The position numbers were made by a program, and so were the translations under genes. From the NCBI RefSeq assembly GCF_009914755.1, contig NC_060931.1: a DNA stretch of 64,000 nucleotides; one strand, given 5' to 3'. Each line of letters starts with the position of its first letter. The stretch's first letter is position 1. Positions 1-28,434 of this stretch are shown piece after piece. Source of the DNA: the human T2T-CHM13v2.0 reference genome, Homo sapiens. The notes under the pieces are model-generated. The model did no database searches. It was not told the DNA's origin and was given only the letters and a program-made list of their open reading frames with translations.

Positions 1-2
1 AA

Positions 3-104
<102 letters not shown>

Positions 105-380
105 TGAGTAGCTGGGATTACAAGCACGTGCCACCACACCCAGCTAATTTTTTGTATTTTTAGTAGAGCTGGGGTTTCACTATGTTGGCCAGGCCGGTCT
201 TGAACTCCTGACCTCAGGTGATCTGCGGGCCTCAGCCTCCCAAAGTGCTGGGATTACAGGCGTGAGCCACTGCACCCGGCCTGTATGGCGTCTTGAGGCA
301 ATGCTCAGAGCTTGGTGTGAAAGCAATTCACCTCCTCCTTGGGCGCCTCCCCGACTGGGGTGTCCGCAGGCGGCAACCAC

Positions 381-414
381 TTGCAATCCCAGATGCTGCC
401 ACCAGGGGGTGCAC
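381..414 (+). promoter_or_regulatory. Candidate CTCF site with upstream (ZF9-11) motif
   Basis: TGCAATCCC-agatgc-TGCCACCAGGGGGTGCAC: close match to the CCACCAGGGGGCGC core, with a TGCA(A/G)TNCC upstream motif at typical spacing. Confidence 0.6.
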
Positions 415-532
415 AGTGCCCGCTTGGAAGGTGGGCAGGGGCGGGCGGGGAGGAACTAGAGAGGGAGGGGTTAATGCCCAAGGGCCCCGCCCCTCCCAAG
501 AGGCATGGGCGGTCTCAGCCCGGTCCACTCAC

Positions 533-4548
<4,016 letters not shown>

Positions 4549-5699
4549 CTGTCTGTCCGTCCGTCTGCAGTGTCTGCAGCCCCAGAGGCTCCCCCGTCTG
4601 TAGTCTGTGCTGCGCTAGGGGAAGCTGTTCCTGGCATCTCCTGCTGCCCCTCCCAGATACCCCCTCCTCTCAAACAACTGGTTGGACAGGTTTGGGGGCA
4701 GAATCTGCCAGCCCAGTGAATCTGGCATCGCCAGGGAGGGGTCTGAAGAGAACATACAGTTGCAGGAACAAGCCTGGACTACCCCCCAACCCCACCCACC
4801 AGGAGCGCCTGACCAGGGAGGGGCTGAGGAAGGAGGGGGGGCAGCCTCAGGATCCAGGCTGCCCCAGGGACAATCCCGCCAAGTCTACCCCGTGGATCTC
4901 CTTGTCCAAACAGTCCCCAATGTAGCGACTCTTCCTTTAGGACCTGAGGTGGGAGGATCACTCGAGCCTGGGAGGTTGAGGCTGCAGTGAGCCAAGACGG
5001 CACCACTGCACTCCAGCCTGGATGACAGAGTGGGACCCTGCCTCAAAAAAAAAAAAAAAAAAAAAAAAAAAACCAACCTAGGAGGAGTTGGTGTCTGTTT
5101 TTGGTTCGTAGGGAGTGCCGGTCAAGCAAACTCCCTGGAGTCTCTTTTATTTATTATTATTATTATTTTTTTTTTTTGAGGCAGGGTCTCACTCTGTTGC
5201 CCAGGCTGGAGTGCAGTGGTGCGATCATAGCTCACTGCAGCCTTGACCTCCCAGGCTCAAGGTTCTCAGATTCTCAGGCCCCACCCTGGGGAAGGATGGA
5301 GGATGAGGACAAGCTTCCCAGGTCCACATGACAGAGGGACTCAGGATTGGCAATTTGGCCTGTGTCCAGCTTTGTTGCTCAGAGAGCTCAGATCCCCACC
5401 CTCAATTCACTCCCTTGTGTGGAAGGGAGTGACCCTTACTTTCTAGCACACACAGGGAAGAGGGCTTGGCTAAGAGCACCCAGGAGGTCAGGGCAGGACT
5501 GGGGATTAGATCACACCCAAATGCAAGCTCTGTGGCACTCCTGGTATAGCCCTGCTGTCCCCCTGTAGCCTGGCCCTGGGAGGGGGGCTCCCAGACTTCA
5601 CACCCCCTCACCTCTTTATCCAGGGGACCGGCTCTCTCTTCCTCCTTCATCCCCAGCCTCTGCCAGGGCAGGGTAGTTCCTCCTCAAGACAGAAAATTA

Positions 5700-5989
<290 letters not shown>

Positions 5990-6230
5990 TCAAAAAAAAA
6001 AAGATGAGATGGGGCTCAGGGCAGGTGGAGTGAGACCTGTGACCACCTCTCCCCTGGATCGGGGTACTAGCCCCCGTCAGCCTGACCCTCACGCTCTAAT
6101 TATGCCAGATGTCTTCATTCTGGGAAACCCAACAGATTATCACCTATGGGCCCCATTTTTGGATGAAGAGGGGCCATTCCCTGAAGGGGACATACCTCAG
6201 TTCCCCGAGGGGATTCAGATGTTCACCTCA

Positions 6231-7065
<835 letters not shown>

Positions 7066-7595
7066 TGACCTCATGCGATCTGCCTGCCTCGGCCTCCCAA
7101 AGTGCTGAAATTACAGGCGTGAGCCACTGTGTCCGGCTGCCCAGCTAATTTTTTAACTTTTTCTAGAAAGAGTCTTACTGTGTTGCCCAGGCTGGTCTCA
7201 AATTCCTGGGCTCAAGTGATCCTCCCACCTCAGCCTCCTGAAGTTCTGGCATTCCAGGTGTGAGCCACCATGTCCGGCCTGTATAATACAATTTTTCCCT
7301 CTCTCACTCCCTTTCAAAAGGCAGTTGAAAGCAGACATCAGAATGTGGGAAGAGCTTGTTTCCCCTTTTTGAAAACACGTTCTTGCTCATCGACTCATCC
7401 TCTCCTTGGGTCCCCAGAGATGGGCAGGGCAGGTGTTATGACTAATCTCATTATACGGATGAGAAGAAACCTGGGGCCCGGCAGGGAAAGAAACTTCCTG
7501 CAGTCCCAGGGCAGGTCAGCGGCAGGGCTGGGACCCAACCCCAGGTCTCCTGTACCCAGGCAGGACTCCCTCTTTGCCTTTTTTTTTAAATTTAA

Positions 7596-8018
<423 letters not shown>

Positions 8019-8083
8019 TAGCAGAGACTACAGGTGTGCACCACCATGCCTGGCTCATTTTTAAATTTTTTGTAGAGATGTAG

Positions 8084-8191
<108 letters not shown>

Positions 8192-8664
8192 TGAATGGAT
8201 TTTAAAAACCCACCTAGGCTGGGCGTGATGGTGCATGTTTGTAGTTCCAGTCCTTTGAGAGGCTGAGGCTGGAGGATCATATGAGGCCAGGAGTTTAAGG
8301 TTGCAGTGAACCATGATCATACCACTCCACTCCAGCCTGAGCGACGGAGTGAGACCCTGTCTCTAAACTAATAATAATAATAATTTTTGAAAGTGTTAAA
8401 ATCCACCTAGAATTTATTTTTGGTGTGATGTGTGATTCAAATTATTTTTTTCTCAAGTTAGCCCGTTATTCAAACACTAAAATATTGAAAAATGCATCCT
8501 AAGCCGGGTGCAGTGGCTCACACCAGCACTTTGGGAGGCCAACGCAGGCGGATCACCTGAGGTTGGGAGTTCAAGACCAGCCTGACCAACATGGAGAATA
8601 ATAATAAGCCGAGATCACGCCATTGTACTCCAGCCTGGGCAGCGAGAGTGAAACTCCATCTCAA

Positions 8665-8751
8665 AAAGAAAGAGAGAACGAGAGAAAGAGAGAGAGAGAG
8701 AAAGGAAGGAAGGAAGGGAGGAAAGAAAAAGAAAGAAAGAAAGAAAGAAAG

Positions 8752-8798
<47 letters not shown>

Positions 8799-8812
8799 GA
8801 AAAGAAAGAAAG
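8665..8812 (+). repeat. Polypurine (GA)n/(GGAA)n/(GAAA)n microsatellite from an Alu tail
   Basis: Direct reading of the sequence. Confidence 0.95.
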
Positions 8813-8867
8813 ATGTATCCTTTCCCTATTTGAACTGAAATGCCTTTTTTTTTTTTTTTTTTTTTGA

Positions 8868-8996
<129 letters not shown>

Positions 8997-10186
8997 TAAT
9001 TTTTGTTTTTTTAGTAGAGATGAGTTTTCACCATGTTGGCCAGGCTGGTCTCAAAGTCCTGACCTCATATGATCTGCTCACCTTGGCCTCCCAAGGTGCT
9101 GGGGTGACAGGCATGAGCCACCGTGCCTGGCCTGAAATGCCGTTTTTATCATACGCTGCAGACTAATGCATCCTCAGTGTCACCTCCCAGCTTGATGTGG
9201 GACAAGCCACCAAGGGTGTCCTCACCATGGCCCCGCTCAGGCCACCAGTTGGCTATGTTTGCCCCTGCCACCCCAGGCACACAGGAGTTCAGGAGTCCTC
9301 TCTGGCCTTGCCTTTATCCTGGGGCAGCTGCAGGTGACAACCTCTGGAAGAGGTGGTAAGAGGAGCCAGGACACAGGCCAGTCTGAGGGACACGCTCCTC
9401 CCACAGTCCTGGAGAGGGGCCTGCATGTTTCTGCACCTGGAGGGCCGGGCCAGGGTGGGGAAGACTGGGGATGGGGGGGAGGCTGGACCCTGCAGGTTCT
9501 TGGACCTGTGGTCAACTGGGAAGCCAAGTCCCTGATCTGCAGTGAGGCTGCGGCTGCCAGCCCCTTGAATAGGCACAGTAAGCACCTCCCAGCAATGCCA
9601 CTGTGCAGAAGAGATGTCAACAGTGACAAGGGGGGCCAGGATGGTCCCCAAACCAGACACCCCATCTTCACCCTCTGCCATTTTCCTTCTCCAGGTCAGC
9701 CCTGGGGCCCTGGCACAAGCTCAGGAGGGGAGAGAGGCCATGCAAAGTGATCACACTGGACCTTCTGCCCTGAGAGCCTGGGCACTGGGAGCCAGATGTA
9801 CTGTGATTTAGAAGAATGCGGCCAGGTGCGGTGGCTCACAGCTGTAATGCCAGCACTTTGGGAGGCTGAAGCAAGAGGATCACTTGAGCTCAGGAGTTCG
9901 AGACCAGCCTGGGCAATATGGTTAGACCCATCTCTACTAAAAATACAAAAAATTAGCTGCGCATGGTGGTGCACGCCTGTAGTCCCAGTTACTCATGAGG
10001 CTGAGGGTTGAGGCATGAGAATTGCTTGAGCTCAGGGTGGTTGGGGGAGGTTGGGGGGATGGAGGGTAGAGCTGAGCTGGGATAGTACACCACTGCACCC
10101 AGTCTGGGTGACAGAGTGAGACCCTGTCTCAAAAAAAAAAAAAAAATGCATCTTATACCTTGAGGGTCATGGAGTCTTTCACGCCT

Positions 10187-10187
<1 letters not shown>

Positions 10188-10234
<47 letters not shown>
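10188..10234 (+). repeat. (TG)n microsatellite
   Basis: About 23 TG units. Confidence 0.97.
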
Positions 10235-10236
<2 letters not shown>

Positions 10237-10319
10237 TCAGGTCAACTTCCGGAATTTCTGTTTCATTTCTTGGATCAATCTCTCTGTTCAGGTGTCACTA
10301 CTAGACTATTTTAATCCCC

Positions 10320-10366
10320 GTATGTATGTATGTATGTATGTATGCATGTATGTATGTATGTATGTA
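10320..10366 (+). repeat. (TATG)n microsatellite at an Alu tail
   Basis: gtatgtatgtatg... with one interruption. Confidence 0.95.
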
Positions 10367-10376
10367 TTTATTTTGA

Positions 10377-10493
<117 letters not shown>

Positions 10494-11042
10494 TAGGATT
10501 ACAGGTGCCCACCACCACGCCTGGCTAATTTTTGTGTTTTTAGTAGAGATGGGGTTTCACCATTTTGGCCAGGCTGGTTGAGAACTCCTGACCTCAAGTC
10601 ATCTGCCCGCCTCTGCCTCCCAAAGTGCTGGGATTACAGGCGTGAGCCACTGCGCCCAGCCAATCGCTGTATTTTTATAGTCTGCTTTGTTCTGTAAATG
10701 ATCCCTCTCGAGTGTAACTCACTAGTGGGCTGTGTCCTTCTTTGGTGAATGTCTTTTTCCCATTAAACTGTAACTCTCTGAGGGTGGGGACTGGATCTGT
10801 TTATCTGTTTAGTTCTCCCACTGAATCCTCACTGTTAACCTAGGGGTCTGGCACAATAATTGTGTCCAGTAATTTTTTTTTTTTTTTTTTTTTGAAGCAG
10901 GGTCTTGCTGTGTCACTCAGGCTGGAGTGCAGTGGTGCGATCAGAGCTCACTGCAGCCTCGAACTCCTAGACTCAAGTCATCCTCCTACCTCAGCTTCCT
11001 TAGTACCTGGGATTACAGGCACATGTCACCATGCCCATCTAA

Positions 11043-11186
<144 letters not shown>

Positions 11187-11419
11187 TAGGATTACAGGTG
11201 CCCACCACCATGCCCGGCTAATTTTTGTATTTTTAGTAGAGATGGGGTTTCACCATGTTGGCCAGGCTAGTCTCAAACTCCTGACCTCAAATGATCCATC
11301 CCCCTCGGCCTCCCAAAGTGCTGGGATTACAGGCATGAGCCACTGCGCCCAGCCAATTTTTAAATTTTTTCTGGAGATGGGGTGCTCGCTATGTTGCCCA
11401 GGCTGGTCTCAAACTCTAG

Positions 11420-11797
<378 letters not shown>

Positions 11798-12139
11798 TGA
11801 TCCACCCGCCTTGGCCTCCTAAAGTGCTGGGATTACAGGTGTGAGCCACCATGCCCGGCCGTGACACTCGTTTTATAGCATCAGGCTGGTGACCAGAATG
11901 TCATGGCTTCTGGGCAGAGGCCAGCTTCCATGCCGTGTCCTGTCTTCCTAGTGCAGATGTCCCCAGCTGCAGAGAGTACCAGTGTGAGGGAATGGGCTCC
12001 AGACTCCCAGAGGGGCCACAGGGATGGCCACGCCAAGCTCTGGGGAGTAGCCGATTCCCCAGCACCTGCCTGCCCATGCACCTTTGGGGTGACTCATAAG
12101 ACAGGGTGGGGCTCCCACCTGCCCTCTCCCAAAAGGCAA

Positions 12140-12210
12140 TCAGCTATAAAGGCTCTCAGAGGCCCACCCAGCCCCAGGTCATCAAACAAGCCCCAGTTCC
12201 ATGGCAACCA
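12140..12210 (+). promoter_or_regulatory. Candidate SPDYE1 promoter: TATA box plus RFX X-box-like element
   Basis: CTATAAA at 12144-12150 and GTTCCATGGCAAC at about 12196-12208, in unique sequence about 1.7 kb upstream of the exon acceptor at 13914. Confidence 0.35.
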
Positions 12211-12846
12211 TTATACCCATTCATCAAGGAGATGTAGAGGGAGGTGCTTCCTGGTTCACCCCACCCTCAGCAGAGACAGACCCCAGATCTGGGCCCAGGA
12301 CTTTGTGCAGGGAGGGGAAATGCAGGTGACTCAGCCCCTATTCCTCCATCAAACCAGGCTTGAAGATGGGTTAAATCAGAGCTTTTCATTCCACAAAAGA
12401 GAAATTTTAATGGGGTCAGAACATTGATCTTCTAATATTTGAAAGCCTGTTAACTAGGAGAGAGAGAGCAAACGATTTTGTTGTAGGAGGACCCACCCAG
12501 CTCTGACGGTTTAAAGCGTCATGAATGCGAATTTGAACTCCAGAAAAGCAGAGCTTCCTAACAATGGGACTTCCACAGCAATGGGATCTGCTTCCTCTTT
12601 CAGTTTGTGCCTTTTCTATGAGCGAGAGACTCCTAGGAAAGCAGCAGCCCATCAGGAAAACGTGTGGGAACTCACTCGCAGGTTCTTTATTTTTTTTGAG
12701 ATGGAGTTTTGCTCTTGTTGCCCAGGCTGGAGCACAATGGTGCGATCTTGGCTCCCTGCAACCTGCGCACCATGAGTTCAAGTGATTCTCCAGCGCCCTC
12801 TCCTAAGTAGCTGCGATTACAGGTATCCACCACCATGCCTGGCTAA

Positions 12847-12969
<123 letters not shown>

Positions 12970-13762
12970 TGAGCCCAGCCGGGAACCCACAGGTTTTTTG
13001 GATGGTCTCTGAATGTCATGTAACTCTTTTATTTTTTATCAAAAAAAAATTTTTTGACACAGTATCTTGCTGTGTTGCCCAGACTGGAGTGCAGTGGCAA
13101 GATCATGGCTCACTGCAGCTTCTAACTCCTGGGCTCAAGTGATCTTCCTGTCACATGAGTCTCCCAAGTAGTTGGAACACAGGTGCCAGCCACCACACCT
13201 GGCTAATTTGGTTTGGTTTTGTTTTTTTAGAGATGGGCTCTTGCTATGTTGCCTATACTGGTCTTGAACTGCTGGCCTCAGGCAATCTTCCTCCCTTGGC
13301 CACCCAAAGTGCTGGGATTACAAGCATGAGCCACTGTGCACAGCTGAAATTTTTCGACTTAGTCTTTTTGTACATGTGATATTTTATTCATAGAATCCAT
13401 AAATGGAAGGGAAATTTCTGAGTTCAGAGCAATACATATGATACAAAACTTGATATATAGACTAGAGTTTCTTAGCCGAACTGGAGGGGCTGGCTTAGGT
13501 AATCCATGGATTCCCTGAAATTGGGGACACCATTGGAAATATGTGTGAGCTCCATTGGAAATATGTGTGAGCTCAGGGGCAGTTTCCTATGATTTTTAGG
13601 CCTCAAAATGTCTCTTGGACTCAAAATTGCCTTAGGGCAGAGGACGTATGTACCCCCAGTACAGAATCTTGGACAGTGAATGTGAGTAAACATTCAGCAG
13701 AAAAGCTCTGCCAAACTGAGTGCTCTGATGTGACTTTTTCATCAAGTCAGTATTCCTGGGAT

Positions 13763-13851
13763 CTCTTGTACATGATAATCTCACTCTTGTACATGATAAT
13801 CTCACTCTTGTACATGATAATCTCACTCTTGTACATGATAATCTCACTCTT
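13763..13851 (+). repeat. Perfect 21-bp minisatellite, about 4.2 copies
   Basis: (CTCTTGTACATGATAATCTCA)x4 followed by CTCTT. Confidence 0.97.
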
Positions 13852-14336
13852 ATAAGGTTTCATCGTTTCTGCTTACCCTAGTTTTCTTTCCCACTCTGTT
13901 CCCTCTCCCACCAGACTGGACTCTGAAATGGGCACGTACAGAGACGAAGAGACCCCAACATGCTTCAGGCTTTGAGTGGAGAGGACACAGCCTCTGCTGG
14001 GACAGGGAACAGAGGGATGTGGAGTCCCTGAAGATGCTTTTGGACAATGGTCTGAGGTTGGGACAGTGGCAGGAGATACCATTCACCCAGGATCTCCAGG
14101 ACAAGAGATCAGCCTGGCAGTTACATGTGTTTTTTTTTCAAACTGGTTGCCAGGTTGGCATGAACGATGACATCAGAGATTCCGACCTTCCTGATTGGAG
14201 GGACCGGACTCCGTGGTGCCTGGAGATCAGTTGGACAACAGTATCTTCTCAGAGCTGTTCTCCACTCCTGACTTCTCCTAGGCTTGAGAATTGATAACAT
14301 ACTCTTCTGGATCCTAGCAGTGTCCAGAAGAAGGCC

Positions 14337-22151
<7,815 letters not shown>

Positions 22152-23049
22152 AGCTCCAGGGACCATGGAGGCCTGAGGTCATCGGCCTGAGAGAAGGTAC
22201 ATCTGCATCCTCCGGGGTAAAGGCAGAATATTGGGGTCTATTTCGGAAATCCGAAGAACCCAATTGCTTGATCCGGCTTCAAGCCTGGGCAACGTGGCGA
22301 GATCCCCTCTCCACAAAAATACAAAAATTAGCCAGGCAATGTGGGACGCATCTCTACTCCCAACTACTCAGGAGGCCGAGGCGGGAGGATTGCTGGAGCC
22401 TGGAAGGTCGGGGCTGCACGGAGCCCTGATCCTGCCACTGCACTCCAGTCTGGGCGACAGAGTGAGACCCTGCCTCAAAAATAATCATAAATACTGAGTT
22501 TGGGGAGGTTCATTATGATTGACGCACTTGAGTTACCGATTTGGGTCGAGGGTTCAGTGAAGCTTTGGTTTACATCTTGTGCAGCTAACCACGTTGAGCA
22601 CAGAGCATGAGACTTCATCATGAGGAGGTAGGATTAAGGATTAGGCTTCTGGACTTGTGGTTCGTGATGTTGTCACATTAGAAACACATCTAGCATGGTT
22701 ACAAGTTTAGATCTTAAGTGACACAAAAGGCCTCAGCTGTGATGAAGTCCAAAGCCACATTCTCTGAGGGTGCCCTACTCCCTGGGCAGACCCACCCAAA
22801 GTCCTTGCTATGAAGCAGATCACTGGGGCTGACCTTGGGTGTATTAAGTGAGTTTTGGAGTCATGGTCACCAAAGTGTGAGTTTCACAGTTGAACACGAT
22901 GGTTCAGAAGCAGGGTATAGAATGAAAGGCAGCAGATAAAATTGCATTTCTCAATTGCTCTGAACTCTAGACTTGACATGGGATGTGAATAACCTTCCTG
23001 TCTAGAGAGCTGCCTCCTTGAAGTGTGACATTGTCTCTCTCCCTTCCAG

Positions 23050-24510
23050 AACACCGGACCCAGGGGAGATGTGGATTTTCAGCAGGAACTTTATTCCAAT
23101 GCTAATGGCAGACACCAGGAAGGAGGAGAGGAACCATTTGTGCAGATCATCTAGAAGAACCTGGACCATTCTTGATGGAGCTGAATACAGTGATCACGTT
23201 GTCCTCCTAGGAGCAGGGGTGGGGGGAGGGGGATGGGGTCCTTCTAGGAGTCCTTGGAGAAAAGTAAGAAACCAGGAGTGTTTCCAGTTCCACCCTTTCC
23301 TGGGGCACCACCACCCTTTTTATATTGCTGAATTCCAACCTCCCTGGGGCGGAACCTGGAGGTCCTGTTTCTTACGGACTTGGTTGCCACAGTCCAGGAG
23401 CATTTGAAGGCACAATGCAGGGGCTCAGATTGGCACAGAATTCTTTTGTGAAATATCAGTGCCACAGATTGTAACAGATAGCTTCATGCACACTCTGCAT
23501 TTTATTGGTTTGTTTGGAAAATGTTGGCCATTGAATTATTCATAGATTTATTTCAAATAGTTTGGAAATTGTTGTACTTTTGAAAACATGCTGTTCCTGT
23601 AGTTTTTTGATGAGAGTTATAGTTGTTATATATACATAAAGATAATTTTCTTTTCATTTTTAAGAGACAATTCTTTTTATCCTAAATATTTTATCATCTT
23701 TAAATTTGTTTCTGTATTATTATATGTGCTCCTGAAGCGAGCACTCTTTTTATCTATGATACTTCCATAATAATCTCTTCTATTTATAGCTATTGGTAGT
23801 TCCCCTAAATTCTGACGATAGAAATTTTTATTTGCTGTTTAGGTTTGTGACTGAATTGTGAGAATTCAGTTGTGATTTTTAACATGTGTCAGATATATAT
23901 ACTAACACGTCTAATATATACTATTTTATTGGTTTATTTTGAAAAACATGGGTATAGAATTATTTAAATATTATTTTATTTATTTAAATATTTATTAAAT
24001 ATATTTATTTATTTAAATGTTATTATTACTTTAAATATTATTTTAAATATTTTGGAAATACTGGTATTTTTGAATAGATGCTGTTTCTATAAAGCTGTGT
24101 GATGGTATTATAACTGTTATATACACATACATATAATTTTGTTTTCCTTTTTAAGAGAGGATTCTTTTCATCCTAAATCTTTTACCTTTCAATCTTTTTA
24201 TCTATTATTACACGTGCTGCTGAAGGGAGCATGGTTTTTATCTATGATACTTAGTTAACATATATATTACATTTATAGCTATGTAGTAGTTCCCCTAAAT
24301 TCTTGTAAAAATAAATTTTTATTTGATATTTCATCTATGTTTGAAATGTGAGAATTCAGATGTAATTTTTTACCTTGATTTGGCATGTTTGTATGTTACT
24401 TTAAAGAGGATGTGTGTTCTAAAGGAGGACATGAGCTGTGTGTTTTCAAGAGAACAATAGAGTGTGTCTCTTGGGGAAACGTAATAAAAATGAACTTTTC
24501 TCACCTTCAC
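23050..24510 (+). other. SPDYE1: Probable SPDYE1 non-coding terminal exon (AU-rich 3'UTR)
   Basis: Donor AAG|GTACAT after 22196; acceptor ttgtctctctcccttccAG at 23049; AATAAA at about 24310 and 24483; very AT-rich. Confidence 0.6.
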
Positions 24511-24784
24511 AGCAATTGTGATCATATTGGTCTGGATTGATTATTTGCTGCCCAGTGATATTTTTCCTTAATGGGGTTGTGGTTATTTGAACATATTTAT
24601 TAGCTCTGAAAGATAATCCTGTGCCGTTTTTTATGTAGAAAAAAACATAAGGCTGGGTGCAGTGCTCACACCTACAATCCCTGCAGTTTTGGAGGTCATG
24701 GCGGGAGGATCACCTGAGGCCAGGAGTTTGAGGCCAGCCTCAGCAACATAGCATCTACATCTATTTTTAATTTTTATTTTTTAA

Positions 24785-25139
<355 letters not shown>

Positions 25140-25454
25140 TAGAGTTTTAAGGCAGGAAATGAGAGAAAGATATTGAGAGAGGAAAACCAGGTGGTAAGAA
25201 AACTCTAAAGGTGGCCGGGCGTGGTGGCTCACGCCCATGATCTCAGCAGGAGTTTGAGAACAGCCTGGCCAACATGGTGAAACCCTGTCTCTACTAAAAA
25301 TACAAAAATTAGGCAGGCGTGGTGGTGCACGCCTATAATCCCAGCTATTTGGGAGGCTGAGGCAGGAGAATCACTAGCAGAGATTGTGTCTCCTCACCCC
25401 CTCTCAAAAAAAAAAAAAAAAAAAAGAAAGTTCCTGCAGCAGTTAAAGCTGTGA

Positions 25455-25847
<393 letters not shown>

Positions 25848-25969
25848 TAGTAGAGACGGGGTTTCACTGTGTTAGCCAGGATGGTCTCGATCTCCTGACC
25901 TCATGATCTGCCCACCTTGGCCTCCCAAAGTGCTAGGATTACAGGCGTGAGCCACCGCGCCCAGCCTAT

Positions 25970-26190
25970 GTGATGCAATTCTGATGTCAACTCCCTGATG
26001 TTACCTCAAATGCCACAGGTTAAGGCCACCAGCCCCCACTAGGCTGCCCTCGCTTTAGACACACCTGCAGGCTTGGGTGTCCTCAGACCACATGTACTTC
26101 TCACCAACTGGCTGCAAATTTGGAGGTTCCCACCATGCCCTCAAGTTCGATAACTCACTAAAACAATTCACAGAATGCAGAAAAGCATGA
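25970..26190. mobile_element. ERV LTR fragment (MER21-like)
   Basis: ggctgcaaatttggaggttcccacc...caagttcgataactcactaaaacaattcacagaa resembles the MER21 family as recalled. Confidence 0.5.
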
Positions 26191-26549
26191 TACTTTCTTT
26201 CTCTTTTTTTCTTTTTTTTTTTTTTTGAGACGGAGTCTTGCTCTGTCGCCCAGGCTGGAGTACAGTGGCCACCATGCTTGGGTAATTTTTGTATTTGTAT
26301 TAGAGACGGGGTTTCGCCATGTTGGCCAGGCTGGTCTTGAACTCCTGACCTCAGGTGATCCACCCGCCTTGGCATCCCAAAATGCTGGGATTATAGGCAT
26401 AGCCACCATGCCCGGTCGACTTCTAGAGTTTCAATAACAGAGATGTGATTCAAGAAGGGAGACATGTTTTGTAGATGGCAGGAGCTTCATGAAAAGAAGC
26501 CAATGAAGGGCAGGACGTGTAGCTGTCTACCTACAGGAAACCAGCCAGG

Positions 26550-27890
<1,341 letters not shown>

Positions 27891-27896
27891 AGGGTC

Positions 27897-28281
27897 CATT
27901 AGTCTGTTTTCACACTGCTATAAAGAATTATGAGAAACTGGGTAATTTATGAAGAAAAGAGGTTTAATTGACTCACAGTTCTGCAGGCTGTACAGAAAGC
28001 GTGGCTGGGGAGGCCTCAGGAAACTGACAATCACGGCAGAAGGCGAAGGGGAAGCAGGCACGTCTGGCCATGTTGGAGCAGGAGAGACAGAGAGAGTGAA
28101 GTGGGAGGGCTGCAAGCTTTTAAACAACCAGATCCCACAAGCGCTCACTCAATATCACGAGAACAGCAAGGGGGAAGTCGGCCCCCATGAGCCAATCACC
28201 TCCCACCAGGTCCCTCCCACAACACTGGGAATTACAATTTGACATGAGATTTGGGTGTGGATACAGAGCTGAACCATGTCA
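27897..28281 (-). mobile_element. MaLR LTR (MSTA/THE1-like)
   Basis: Characteristic gtttaattgactcacagttctgcaggctgtacag...aggcctcaggaaac...gagatttgggtg...aaccatgtca sequence. Confidence 0.85.
27977..28063 (-). other. LTR-derived exon of the POLR2J copy (RPB11b-type C-terminus)
   Basis: cAG|ACG TGC CTG CTT CCC CTT CGC CTT CTG CCG TGA = [10 protein letters not shown]; donor CT|GTGAGT at 27976. Confidence 0.8.
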
Positions 28282-28322
28282 AGGGTAGTTCAACCGCTGA
28301 GATTGATTGATTGATTGATTGA

Positions 28323-28434
<112 letters not shown>

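Noticed and set aside
331-425. Possible minus-strand exon (AAG|CGGGC...GAG|GTGAAT) as the UPK3BL last exon
   Set aside because: Does not match the recalled UPK3BL C-terminus; splice signals alone are insufficient.
13763-13851. Regular short repeats resembling a CRISPR array (also 50791-51030)
   Set aside because: Head-to-tail units with no unique spacers, no cas genes, human context.
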